The notes beneath the pieces were generated by a model. The model ran no database searches, was not told the DNA's origin, and saw nothing but the letters and a program-made list of their open reading frames with translations. 32,000 bases of DNA, taken from Acaryochloris thomasi RCC1774. GTDB taxonomy: Bacteria > Cyanobacteriota > Cyanobacteriia > Thermosynechococcales > Thermosynechococcaceae. The DNA is taken from positions 90,001 to 122,000 of the forward strand of contig NZ_PQWO01000013.1 in the NCBI RefSeq assembly GCF_003231495.1, read 5' to 3'. This document shows, in pieces, positions 1-8,022 of this stretch; the first letter of the stretch is position 1, and each line of letters begins with the position of its first letter. Both the position numbers and the translations under genes were made by a program.

Positions 1-483
1 GCCACTTTGCACTGGGTTGATCATCACGTTTCTGTCCTGAATGGGCTTGCTGCAGGACTACGCTCTCAGGGCCGGATCTTGTTACAGATGGGCGGGCAAG
101 GGAATGCCTTAGGCATTATTCAGGCTTTCGAGACCGTAATGCGACAGTCTCAATGGCACAAATATTTCGAAGATTTTACGTTCCCTTACTTTTTTAACAG
201 TCCTGTCGATTATCAAAACTGGCTCCCGACCACAGGCTTTGCTCCTCTGCGAGTGGAGTTGATTCCTAAAGATATGACGCACTCTAATTCCGAAGCGTTA
301 GCCGGATGGATTCGCACCACTTGGTTCCCCTACATTCAATGCGTTCCGAAGGAAAGAGCAGAGGTCTTCGTGACAGAGGTTGTGGAGCAATATTTACAAG
401 AGCATCCGATCAGAACTGGTGGGTTGACGCATGTTGCCATGATGCGTCTAGAAGTAGAGGCACAAAAGACTAAAGCCTCATAA
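1..483 (+). CDS. Class I SAM-dependent methyltransferase, C-terminal part (5' end lies outside the window)
   Basis: Frame 1 is open from base 1 (A-T-L-H-W-V...). The track 'M' at 7 is a TTG inside the ORF. The LHWV motif and the following region resemble Tam/trans-aconitate-type methyltransferases. Recognition is by eye only. Confidence 0.6.
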   Translation, partial: ATLHWVDHHVSVLNGLAAGLRSQGRILLQMGGQGNALGIIQAFETVMRQSQWHKYFEDFTFPYFFNSPVDYQNWLPTTGFAPLRVELIPKDMTHSNSEALAGWIRTTWFPYIQCVPKERAEVFVTEVVEQYLQEHPIRTGGLTHVAMMRLEVEAQKTKAS

Positions 484-546
484 GAATTGTCCTACAAAGC
501 TGGTTGTATCAATTCCGGGTCGTTGACAAGCTATATGAATGGAGCG

Positions 547-1092
547 TTACTGACCTGCACCACCAAATCCGCCGAGCAGAGAACCGAGCTCGGAATTTGA
601 CTTCAGCAGTTTTTGCATCGCTCGAGCATCCAGCGTCAGTGTCGGGACCGGATAGGCCTCTAAAAAGCTTAAAACGCCCAATCCCTCTTCAGACCCAGCG
701 GCTAGAACCAACCCACTGCGCATGGCTAACTCTTCCGCATCTCCGGGCAAGACTGTGACTTGAGCCACCTGAGGCAGTAGCTGGGCACCTGGCCCAGAGC
801 GCAAAAGCCTATCCACCTGAACCGCTTCAAAGGGAAGCTTGACGTTGAGACCTTTTTGCAGTGACTCTCGCTGCTCAGATTTGACAACGCTTAAGACAGA
901 AGCTAACTGAGGAGAAGCCTTTGCAGTTTCTGCATATGCTCGTAAATCGGCCACAGAAACCGTGCGGCCAAAGGGACCAAATTTGATGGTGACCTGCTCA
1001 GCCGCCTGACTTGGGGCGCTCATTAAACTGCAGCCTACAATCGTCAGAAAACCAGCCAGTCCCGAGACAGTATGACGGAAAGAGTGCAGCAT
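547..1092 (-). CDS. Secreted protein, DUF1400-like (cyanobacterial 'alpha/beta hydrolase of unknown function' N-terminal domain family)
   Basis: ATG start. The N-terminal signal peptide (hydrophobic core GLAGFLTIVGCSLM, then SQA-AE) is followed by TIKFGPFGRTVSVADLRAYAETAK, which matches my memory of DUF1400. Gly-rich C-terminus. Confidence 0.55.
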   Translation of the reverse strand: MLHSFRHTVSGLAGFLTIVGCSLMSAPSQAAEQVTIKFGPFGRTVSVADLRAYAETAKASPQLASVLSVVKSEQRESLQKGLNVKLPFEAVQVDRLLRSGPGAQLLPQVAQVTVLPGDAEELAMRSGLVLAAGSEEGLGVLSFLEAYPVPTLTLDARAMQKLLKSNSELGSLLGGFGGAGQ

Positions 1093-1155
1093 GAAGTCTT
1101 ATCCTTGTTGATTGAGGAAACGGTAAATTGAACGCTAAATGGGGCTAATCGTTGC

Positions 1156-2325
1156 TCAAGTATGCAGGAAGGTTGCCATTCGATCAACGGCGATTTTAAG
1201 GGTGTCGGGGTCGTGAACTAGGGCAAAGCGAACATAGCCTTCTCCCGATTGACCAAAGCCCGCTCCCGGAGAAGCTGCGACTCCGGTTTGGGCCACCAAC
1301 TGCTTACAGAATTCGACTGAATTTTGCTGCCAAGGTTCCGGTAGGGGTGCCCAGACGTACATGGTAGCTGCAGGTGTTGTGACGGACCATCCGATGTCCT
1401 TGAGCGCTTCTATGAAAACATCTCGGCGTTCTTTGAAAATGCCGACGAGCCGGGCAACGCTTTCTTGAGAACTGGTAAGGGCTTTGCTGGCACCGTTGAG
1501 GATACCGAGGTATTGGTTGAAGTCTACTACGGCTTTGATTTGCCGTAGGGCTTTGATCAGTTGGGCATTGCCGATGGCGTAACCGACCCGAAAGCCACCC
1601 ATACTGTAAGACTTTGACATCGTGAAAAATTCGATGGACCGTTTACGCTCTCGATCGGCTTGCAAAACCGACGGTGGTGTATGTCCGCAAAAGGCAATAT
1701 CGACGTAGGGAAAGTCGTGGACGAGGGCCAGATCGTGCTGATCACAGAATTCTAAGGCGGATTTGAAGAAAGGGAGAGTTGCGATCGCAGTTGTCGGATT
1801 GTGGGGATAGCTCAACACCATCATCCGAGCGCGGGCACAAACCTCTGCCGGAATATTCTCAAAAATTGGCAGAAACTCATGCTCAGCCAACAGCGGCATC
1901 CGGTACATTTCGCCCCCTGCCAAAGCCACCCCACCGACATGAGAGGGGTAGCCCGGATCCTGCAGGAGCGCGATATCCCCTGGATTGAGGATTGCTAGGG
2001 GTAAATGAGCCGTCCCTTCCTGAGAGCCAATTAGAGGCAGCACCTCCGTTTCTAGATCCACTGCCAAGCCAAAACGCTGCTCATACCATTGAGCTGCCGC
2101 TTCCCGAAACCTGCGGGTACCGTGAAAGAGCAAATAACCGTGGGTACTAGAATCTTGAAGAGACTGAGCAATCACCTCTAGAACAGCATCTTCTACGGGT
2201 AAATCAGAAGACCCCAAAGACAGATCGATAAGAGACTGACCGGCCGCAACGGCTAAGCTCTTAGCCTGATCCATGTCAGCGAAGACATTGACCTGAAGGG
2301 ACTGTAAGCGATGGGCAAAGTGCAT
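1156..2325 (-). CDS. Pyridoxal-phosphate-dependent aminotransferase, class I/II (AspC/PatA-like)
   Basis: 389 aa with an ATG start. The PLP-lysine motif SKSYSMGGFRVGY and the NPTT motif (YPHNPTT) are typical of fold-type I aminotransferases. Substrate cannot be assigned. Confidence 0.85.
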   Translation of the reverse strand: MHFAHRLQSLQVNVFADMDQAKSLAVAAGQSLIDLSLGSSDLPVEDAVLEVIAQSLQDSSTHGYLLFHGTRRFREAAAQWYEQRFGLAVDLETEVLPLIGSQEGTAHLPLAILNPGDIALLQDPGYPSHVGGVALAGGEMYRMPLLAEHEFLPIFENIPAEVCARARMMVLSYPHNPTTAIATLPFFKSALEFCDQHDLALVHDFPYVDIAFCGHTPPSVLQADRERKRSIEFFTMSKSYSMGGFRVGYAIGNAQLIKALRQIKAVVDFNQYLGILNGASKALTSSQESVARLVGIFKERRDVFIEALKDIGWSVTTPAATMYVWAPLPEPWQQNSVEFCKQLVAQTGVAASPGAGFGQSGEGYVRFALVHDPDTLKIAVDRMATFLHT

Positions 2326-2353
2326 GGTCTAACAGGTTAGTTTCGGTAAAGGA

Positions 2354-2372
2354 ATCTGCTGGCCCTGCAGAT
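2354..2372 (-). other. 6-bp inverted repeat (ATCTGC-n7-GCAGAT) between vipp1 and the aminotransferase gene
   Basis: Read directly. It sits in the 75-nt spacer after the vipp1 stop. No U-tract follows, so a terminator role is uncertain. Confidence 0.3.
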
Positions 2373-2400
2373 GATCGCCTCACTTTATCATTAACCCTGC

Positions 2401-3186
2401 TTATGCCTCGTCCAGTTTGGAACGCAACTCTGCGAGTTCAGCATCCGTTGCAGTCTGCTCCAGATTCGGAGTTGCCTCTTCTCCGGGAGGTAATGCCCCT
2501 TTACTTTCTTCACCAGGAGGGAGAGCACCCCCATTCATTTCTTCAATCATGGCCTGCAGCTCGAAATCAACATCGCCTCCAGCCTCTAGCGCAGCAAACT
2601 TAGAGTCTAGTGTGTCGCCGGCCAGTTCCGCGACCGCTTCAGACTGAGCCTCCATACTCAGCACCTTATCTTCCATACGTTCAAAGGCACTGATGGCGCT
2701 AGCTGGGTCCATGCCACCCATGGCTTGATTGATCTGTTCAGTGGCTTTGGCTGCTCTAGCGCGGGCCTTGAGCATATCTTTCTTGGTCTTCGCTTCAGCA
2801 ATCTTGCCCTCTAAGGCCGTCATGCCCTGCTTCAGTTTCGCAACCTGCGTCGAGGACTGATCCAATTGAGTCTTAAGGCTGGCGGCTGTATCCGAGAAAG
2901 TCTTTTTCCGGGAAAGGGCTTCGCGCGCTAGACCCTCGTCTCCTTTCTTAAGCGCAAGCTGAGCGTTGTTGTACCACTTCGATGACTGAGTTTCAGCCTG
3001 ATTGTACTGCTGCTCTAACCGCTTTTGAGACGCGATTGACTGGGCAACAGCCTGACGCAGCTGCACCAAATCTTCTTTCATATCCTCAACGGTTTGCTCC
3101 AGAATCTTCTCTGGATCTTCGGCAGAGCTGACCATTGCATTGAGGTTTGATCTGACAACTCGGCTAACGCGGTCAAATAATCCCAT
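2401..3186 (-). CDS. vipp1: Vipp1/IM30, PspA-family membrane-remodelling protein
   Basis: N-terminus MGLFDRVSRVVRSNLNAMVSSAEDPEKILEQ is the canonical PspA/IM30 helix. It is coiled-coil throughout. Its 261 aa include a C-terminal extension after the PspA core, which distinguishes Vipp1 from PspA. Confidence 0.9.
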   Translation of the reverse strand: MGLFDRVSRVVRSNLNAMVSSAEDPEKILEQTVEDMKEDLVQLRQAVAQSIASQKRLEQQYNQAETQSSKWYNNAQLALKKGDEGLAREALSRKKTFSDTAASLKTQLDQSSTQVAKLKQGMTALEGKIAEAKTKKDMLKARARAAKATEQINQAMGGMDPASAISAFERMEDKVLSMEAQSEAVAELAGDTLDSKFAALEAGGDVDFELQAMIEEMNGGALPPGEESKGALPPGEEATPNLEQTATDAELAELRSKLDEA

Positions 3187-3451
3187 GACTCCGTTCTTCC
3201 CTTAACAAAATAGACTTCTGAAATACCCTTATATTGCTGGGTGAGCAAAACCAGAGGCTGACTGCTCAGCTCAAGTAAGTTTTACAACCCTATATCTTCT
3301 ATGTTACTTGGCTTCTCAATAAGGCGAAAGGGACGGTATCCCCACCTCGTCCAGCATAGTTAGGCACCTTCAGCCATCTGAACATAGCGAACGCTGAAAG
3401 TTGAAAGCTGCAATACAAATTTAAGACATGTTGCCGAACCCAGAGGGCTAC

Positions 3452-3459
3452 GCGATCGC
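3452..3459. repeat. HIP1 (highly iterated palindrome GCGATCGC), one of at least 14 copies in the window
   Basis: Exact GCGATCGC is also found at 1781, 4572, 5719, 6981, 10380, 17209, 18031, 20644, 23776, 26583, 28026, 30291 and 30873 (start positions). A random 8-mer palindrome is expected about 0.5 times in 32 kb. Confidence 0.9.
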
Positions 3460-3650
3460 TGGGCAGAAAGCCTTTCCCCATCAATGTTTTCGAGGTGATT
3501 GCAGATCGATTTTGGGTGAGATTTATGCAATCCTCAAGCAGGATACGGGTTTCTATCTGTGTTAGTGCTTTTCAGTCGCCGCTGAGACTGGAACTCAAGA
3601 CGGTACGATAGGGGGTGCGAAATGCTCATTGACCTATTGAATCTTGACCC

Positions 3651-5036
3651 ATGCCCACTGCTCATATCATTGGCCTTGGACGCTCTGGCATCACGGCTGC
3701 GCGATTGTTGAATAAAGATAAGTGGCAGGTTTCAGTGAGCGATGCGGGGCAGTCTGAGAAGCTATCTGATCTGAAACAAAAGCTGGAGTCTGAGGGAATC
3801 ACCGTTGCTTTAGGCGCTAGGTTTGACCTTGAAGTGCTGGCAGCGGCAGGCATGAGTCGCCCCGATCGCATCGTTGTAAGCCCTGGCGTATCGTGGCAGT
3901 TGCCCAGTCTGGTAGCGGCTCGCGAGCAAGGAATTGAGGCGATGGGAGAGATGGAGCTGGCTTGGCGGTATCTGAAGCATCGTCCCTGGGTGGGCATTAC
4001 AGGGACCAACGGCAAGACAACAACGACGGCAATTACGGCAGCTATCTTCCAGGCGGCGGGTTTACAGGCTCCGGCCTGCGGCAATATTGGCAACAGCGCG
4101 AGTGAATTGGCTCTCAGTGGCAAAACGCCGGATTGGGTGATTGCAGAGGTGAGTAGCTATCAGTCTGAGTCTTCTTCGACCCTGGCTCCTAACATTGGGG
4201 TCTGGACAACGTTGTCCCCAGATCATTTAGAACGGCACGGCACGCTTGAACGTTACGGAGAAATTAAAGCGCTCTTATTACATCGCTCCCAGCAGCGAGT
4301 CTTGAATGGAGATGACGATTATCTCCGCAATGGTTTGATGGCTCGGTGGCCGAATGCTTCTTGGACCAGTACTCAAGGCAGCCAGGCTGTGGTCGCGCAG
4401 GGGAAGCCACAGCAGTCCCCCATACCAATGGCTTACCTAGAGTCAGGATGGGTAATGGTGGAGGGGCAGCAGATGTTGCCCACTAAGGCGCTGCGGATGC
4501 GGGGAACACACAATCAGCAGAATCTGTTGATGGCGGTGGCGGTGGCCCATTTGGCAGGGATTGAGAGGGATGCGATCGCAACTGCCATCCAAAACTTCCC
4601 TGGCGTTCCTCACCGACTGGAGCATATCTGCACCTGGCAGGGCATCGACTTCATAAACGACAGCAAAGCGACAAACTATGAGGCGGCCCAAACAGGTTTG
4701 GCTGCCGTCGAGGGTCCCGCAATTTTAATCGCAGGCGGCGAGGCCAAAGATGGAGACGACACCGACTGGCTCAGAACCATTCAGTCCAAAGCAGCCACCG
4801 TCCTGCTCATCGGTCGCGCAGCCCCCAACTTTGCTCAACGTTTAGAAACCCTTGGCTACATCGACTACGAGATCGTAGACACAATGGAGAACGCCCTCCC
4901 GCGAGCCATCAAGCTTGCCCGAGAACTGCAGGCACGAACGGTATTACTTTCTCCTGCCTGCGCCAGCTTCGACCAATATCAAAACTTTGAACGTCGCGGC
5001 GATCACTTTCGCCAGCTCTGTCCCACCAATGCCTAA
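3651..5036 (+). CDS. murD: UDP-N-acetylmuramoyl-L-alanine--D-glutamate ligase
   Basis: 461 aa. It has an N-terminal Rossmann motif [12 protein letters not shown], the Mur ligase P-loop [12 protein letters not shown], and DSKATN near the C-terminal domain. Confidence 0.9.
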   Translation: MPTAHIIGLGRSGITAARLLNKDKWQVSVSDAGQSEKLSDLKQKLESEGITVALGARFDLEVLAAAGMSRPDRIVVSPGVSWQLPSLVAAREQGIEAMGEMELAWRYLKHRPWVGITGTNGKTTTTAITAAIFQAAGLQAPACGNIGNSASELALSGKTPDWVIAEVSSYQSESSSTLAPNIGVWTTLSPDHLERHGTLERYGEIKALLLHRSQQRVLNGDDDYLRNGLMARWPNASWTSTQGSQAVVAQGKPQQSPIPMAYLESGWVMVEGQQMLPTKALRMRGTHNQQNLLMAVAVAHLAGIERDAIATAIQNFPGVPHRLEHICTWQGIDFINDSKATNYEAAQTGLAAVEGPAILIAGGEAKDGDDTDWLRTIQSKAATVLLIGRAAPNFAQRLETLGYIDYEIVDTMENALPRAIKLARELQARTVLLSPACASFDQYQNFERRGDHFRQLCPTNA

Positions 5037-5262
5037 TTCGCTCGCTCGACTTTAACGAATTACCATTCTGGAGCATATTTTTTCGATCATCATTACAGCC
5101 TTGGGCCCTACCAAAACGCTCAAAGCCTTATCTTAGCTACGAAAAACAGATTCCCGACCAAAAAAGTCGGGTATAATTGACGCCCATGATCGCCCGTGCT
5201 ACCATCAGTTCACTTGACTGAGTTCAAGCCTTATTTTCAGACTCGTTAGGATTTAAAACCCT

Positions 5263-6561
5263 ATGACCCAAGCCACTGCTTCCCGGACCGCCACTGCTTC
5301 CTTTAAAGGGCTCAAGTGTAAAGAGTGCGGTGCCGAATATGAACCCCAAGCACTGCACGTCTGTGAATTTTGCTTTGGCCCTCTAGAGGTTAGCTACGAT
5401 TTTTCTGAGCTCAGTCGCACCATTACTCGAGAGCAGATCGAATCAGGCCCCAACTCAATTTGGCGATATCGATCCTTCTTACCCGTTACCTCAGACGATC
5501 CCATCGACGTCGGCACGGGGATGACGCCCCTCGTCAAATCCAATCGGTTGGCCCGTCGCCTAGGTCTCAAGCATCTCTACATTAAGAATGATGCGGTGAA
5601 TATGCCCACGCTCAGCTTCAAAGATCGGGTGGTTTCTGTCGCTCTTACGCGAGCTAGAGAACTAGGGTTTACGACCGTATCCTGCGCCAGCACCGGGAAT
5701 TTGGCGAACTCTACAGCTGCGATCGCAACCCGTGCTGGACTTGACTGCTGCGTCTTTATCCCTTCTGATTTAGAAGCGGGCAAAGTCATGGGCACCTTGA
5801 TCTATGGCCCCACCGTTATGTCAGTTGAAGGCAACTACGACCAGGTCAACCGCCTCTGCAGCGAAGTCGCCAACACTCAAGGCTGGGGATTCGTCAATAT
5901 CAACCTGCGCCCCTACTATTCTGAAGGGTCTAAAACCCTTGGGTACGAAGTTGCTGAGCAGCTAGGCTGGGAACTGCCCGATCACATCGTTGCCCCCCTG
6001 GCCTCAGGCTCCCTGTTTACCAAGATTTATAAAGGCTTTCAAGAATTCGTTCAGGTCGGCCTTGTGGATCAAAAAGACGTTCGCTTCAGTGGCGCTCAAG
6101 CCGAGGGCTGCTCTCCTATTGCCCAGGCCTTCCGCGAAGGACGTGACTTTATTGATCCGATCAAGCCCAACACTATCGCCAAATCTATCGCCATTGGTAA
6201 TCCGGCTGACGGCGTCTATGCCCTAGATATCGCCCGCAAAACCAACGGCAATATTGAGTCGGTCACAGATGCTGAAATCATCGACGGCATCAAGCTGTTG
6301 GCCGAGACCGAAGGTATCTTCACTGAAACGGCAGGTGGCACAACAGTCGCGGTCTTGAAAAAGCTTGTGGAAGCAGGCAAGATTGACCCAGACGAGAAAA
6401 CCGTCGTCTACATCACCGGCAACGGCCTCAAAACCCAAGAAGCCGTTCAGGGATACGTTGGCGAACCCCTAACCATTGAGCCGAAGCTCGATAGCTTTGA
6501 GCGAGCGTTAGAGCGATCCCGGACCCTTGAGCGCTTAGACTGGCAGCCCGTCTTGGTATAG
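5263..6561 (+). CDS. thrC: Threonine synthase family PLP enzyme (ThrC/MetM-like) with N-terminal zinc ribbon
   Basis: 432 aa. It carries CxxC-x11-CxxC (CKECGAEYEPQALHVCEFC) at the N-terminus, the PLP-lysine motif PTLSFKDR, and GNxxxS/glycine loops of fold-type II enzymes. The true substrate is uncertain (see findings). Confidence 0.85.
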   Translation: MTQATASRTATASFKGLKCKECGAEYEPQALHVCEFCFGPLEVSYDFSELSRTITREQIESGPNSIWRYRSFLPVTSDDPIDVGTGMTPLVKSNRLARRLGLKHLYIKNDAVNMPTLSFKDRVVSVALTRARELGFTTVSCASTGNLANSTAAIATRAGLDCCVFIPSDLEAGKVMGTLIYGPTVMSVEGNYDQVNRLCSEVANTQGWGFVNINLRPYYSEGSKTLGYEVAEQLGWELPDHIVAPLASGSLFTKIYKGFQEFVQVGLVDQKDVRFSGAQAEGCSPIAQAFREGRDFIDPIKPNTIAKSIAIGNPADGVYALDIARKTNGNIESVTDAEIIDGIKLLAETEGIFTETAGGTTVAVLKKLVEAGKIDPDEKTVVYITGNGLKTQEAVQGYVGEPLTIEPKLDSFERALERSRTLERLDWQPVLV

Positions 6562-6722
6562 ACTATCGCGGCCCTGCCTCAAGCAATCCTCTAGTTTTGG
6601 AGAGCAACATCTTAGAGTCCTTCAGAATGGGGGATTTGAGGGCCAGCATCGTGACAGCAGCTATTCATGCAGACTGTTCAATGTCTCTTTGTCTTCAATT
6701 AATATTCCATTTCTCATAATCC

Positions 6723-6998
6723 ATGACCGTCAAAGTCTTAATTCCCACCCCTTTACAGAAGCTGACCCAAAATCAGGCCACTGTCGAATGTGACGCCGCC
6801 AATATCGCTGAACTCCTTGAATCTTTAGAGCAAAACTGTCCTGGGATCAAAGCGCGGATCTGTGATGACGAAGGCAAACTCCGCCGCTTCGTCAACTTCT
6901 ATGTCAATAATGAAGATATCCGCTTTCTAGACGGGCAAAGTACTTCCCTTGCCGATGGCGATGAGGTTAGTATTATCCCAGCGATCGCAGGTGGTTGA
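6723..6998 (+). CDS. MoaD/ThiS-family sulfur-carrier protein, CysO-like, ending in Gly-Gly
   Basis: 91 aa ending ...[14 protein letters not shown]-stop. The C-terminal half [15 protein letters not shown]...[15 protein letters not shown] closely resembles M. tuberculosis CysO as I remember it. Confidence 0.75.
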   Translation: MTVKVLIPTPLQKLTQNQATVECDAANIAELLESLEQNCPGIKARICDDEGKLRRFVNFYVNNEDIRFLDGQSTSLADGDEVSIIPAIAGG

Positions 6999-7015
6999 AC
7001 TTACTCTGAACTGGT

Positions 7016-7471
7016 ATGGCAGACGACGAAAAAACTCCTAAATCTGAAGCACCTGCTGAGAAATCTGGCTCGCCCACAAAGGCTGCAGCAGAAGCCGCAC
7101 CGAAAAGTACGGCCAAAGCAAAGAAAGAGAAACCTCCAGCCGTTGAAGATAAACCCTTTGCTGATTTTATCCAGCAAGATTATTTACCGGCCTTAGAGAG
7201 CGCTTTTGCTGAGCAGTCTGTTGACGACATAAAGCTAGACTTCATCGACAACCAGGTGACTGGAAGCTGGCAAGAGGGCCAGCGCCAGTTTACGGTTTAC
7301 TTTCCACAGGAGAACATTAAGAAGCAGCGTGCCTTCTCCTGGTCCACCCGTGCGGGAAAATCTGGCATTATTGAACCTTTCTTGATTGACGAGCGCAAGA
7401 TTACCCTTGACCTATTGGTCTTTGGGGTGATGCAGAGGCTCAACGCTCAAAAGTGGTTGGGCAACAATTAG
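7016..7471 (+). CDS. Conserved hypothetical protein, DUF2996-like, with Lys/Ala/Pro-rich N-terminal tail
   Basis: 151 aa, ATG 17 nt after the sulfur-carrier stop. The N-terminal 45 aa are low-complexity (AEKSGSPTKAAAEAAPKSTAKAKKEKPP). The globular C-terminal part resembles a cyanobacteria/plastid DUF. The family call is from memory only. Confidence 0.5.
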   Translation: MADDEKTPKSEAPAEKSGSPTKAAAEAAPKSTAKAKKEKPPAVEDKPFADFIQQDYLPALESAFAEQSVDDIKLDFIDNQVTGSWQEGQRQFTVYFPQENIKKQRAFSWSTRAGKSGIIEPFLIDERKITLDLLVFGVMQRLNAQKWLGNN

Positions 7472-7483
7472 AGCAGCCGTGGC

Positions 7484-7981
7484 TTAAATAGCGCCGACCT
7501 GATCAGGATCGAGTAGAAAAAGAGCCGTATCTTCTGCTGTTTTTGCCATCATTGAGCTGAGACAGCGGATCTTGCTGCGAGCTGCATAGGTGGCCGGTAA
7601 CGGTACAAACTGGGAGCGAGAGAACCGTTTTACTTCGGGTTGGGAATCAATCGGGAGTCCGACCAACTCACCCTTAGAGTTTTTAATAATGATCAGAGAT
7701 CTCTGATCATTATTCTGCTTTGGAACCGTTGCTGGAAGAGTTGAGGCCTCCGAAAAGATTCGGTGACTCACATCAATGACCAAGAGATCTTGATCTTGAT
7801 AGCGAGTTAGTCCAACGCCTGTTTCGTCTGGATCGCCAAACACTTTGCCCATCGTGACCACACGATAAACCGACTCAATGGGTAGCCCAAACCATTCTTG
7901 GCGCAGTCGAAAAGCAATGAACTGTTCAGTTACTTCGGCCTTGCGGCCTCGCCGCGACCGCGCAGAAGACAAAATAGCCAT
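7484..7981 (-). CDS. CheW-like coupling protein (second CheW of the operon)
   Basis: 165 aa. The pattern FIAFRLRQEWFGLPIESVYRVV ... LVGLPIDS ... LLDPDQV is characteristic of a CheW domain. It starts 41 nt downstream of cheA on the same strand. Confidence 0.75.
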   Translation of the reverse strand: MAILSSARSRRGRKAEVTEQFIAFRLRQEWFGLPIESVYRVVTMGKVFGDPDETGVGLTRYQDQDLLVIDVSHRIFSEASTLPATVPKQNNDQRSLIIIKNSKGELVGLPIDSQPEVKRFSRSQFVPLPATYAARSKIRCLSSMMAKTAEDTALFLLDPDQVGAI

Positions 7982-8022
7982 AGGTCACCTATCCATGAAA
8001 CTGTAATGAAGAGAAAGAGAAA

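Noticed and set aside
504-758. 84-aa plus-strand ORF after the methyltransferase gene
   Set aside because: It overlaps the 3' end of the DUF1400-like gene on the opposite strand, starts with a non-ATG codon, and has an Arg/Leu/Ser-rich shadow-like composition.
3299-3484. 61-aa minus-strand ORF in the vipp1-murD intergenic region
   Set aside because: It has no recognisable family and no convincing ribosome-binding site, and its composition is atypical. It is kept only as part of the intergenic-region observation.
5153-5177. Hairpin CCCGAC-n7-GTCGGG followed by TATAAT upstream of thrC, considered as a murD terminator and/or thrC promoter
   Set aside because: No U-tract follows the stem on the plus strand, and the best -35 candidate (GATTCC) is poor. 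This is too weak to list as a feature without TSS data.
6562-6722. The 161-nt spacer between thrC and the sulfur-carrier gene, considered as a possible SAM or other riboswitch
   Set aside because: I could not recognise any conserved riboswitch core, and only a 4-bp CTCT/AGAG stem is present. It is left uncalled. A covariance-model scan would be needed.
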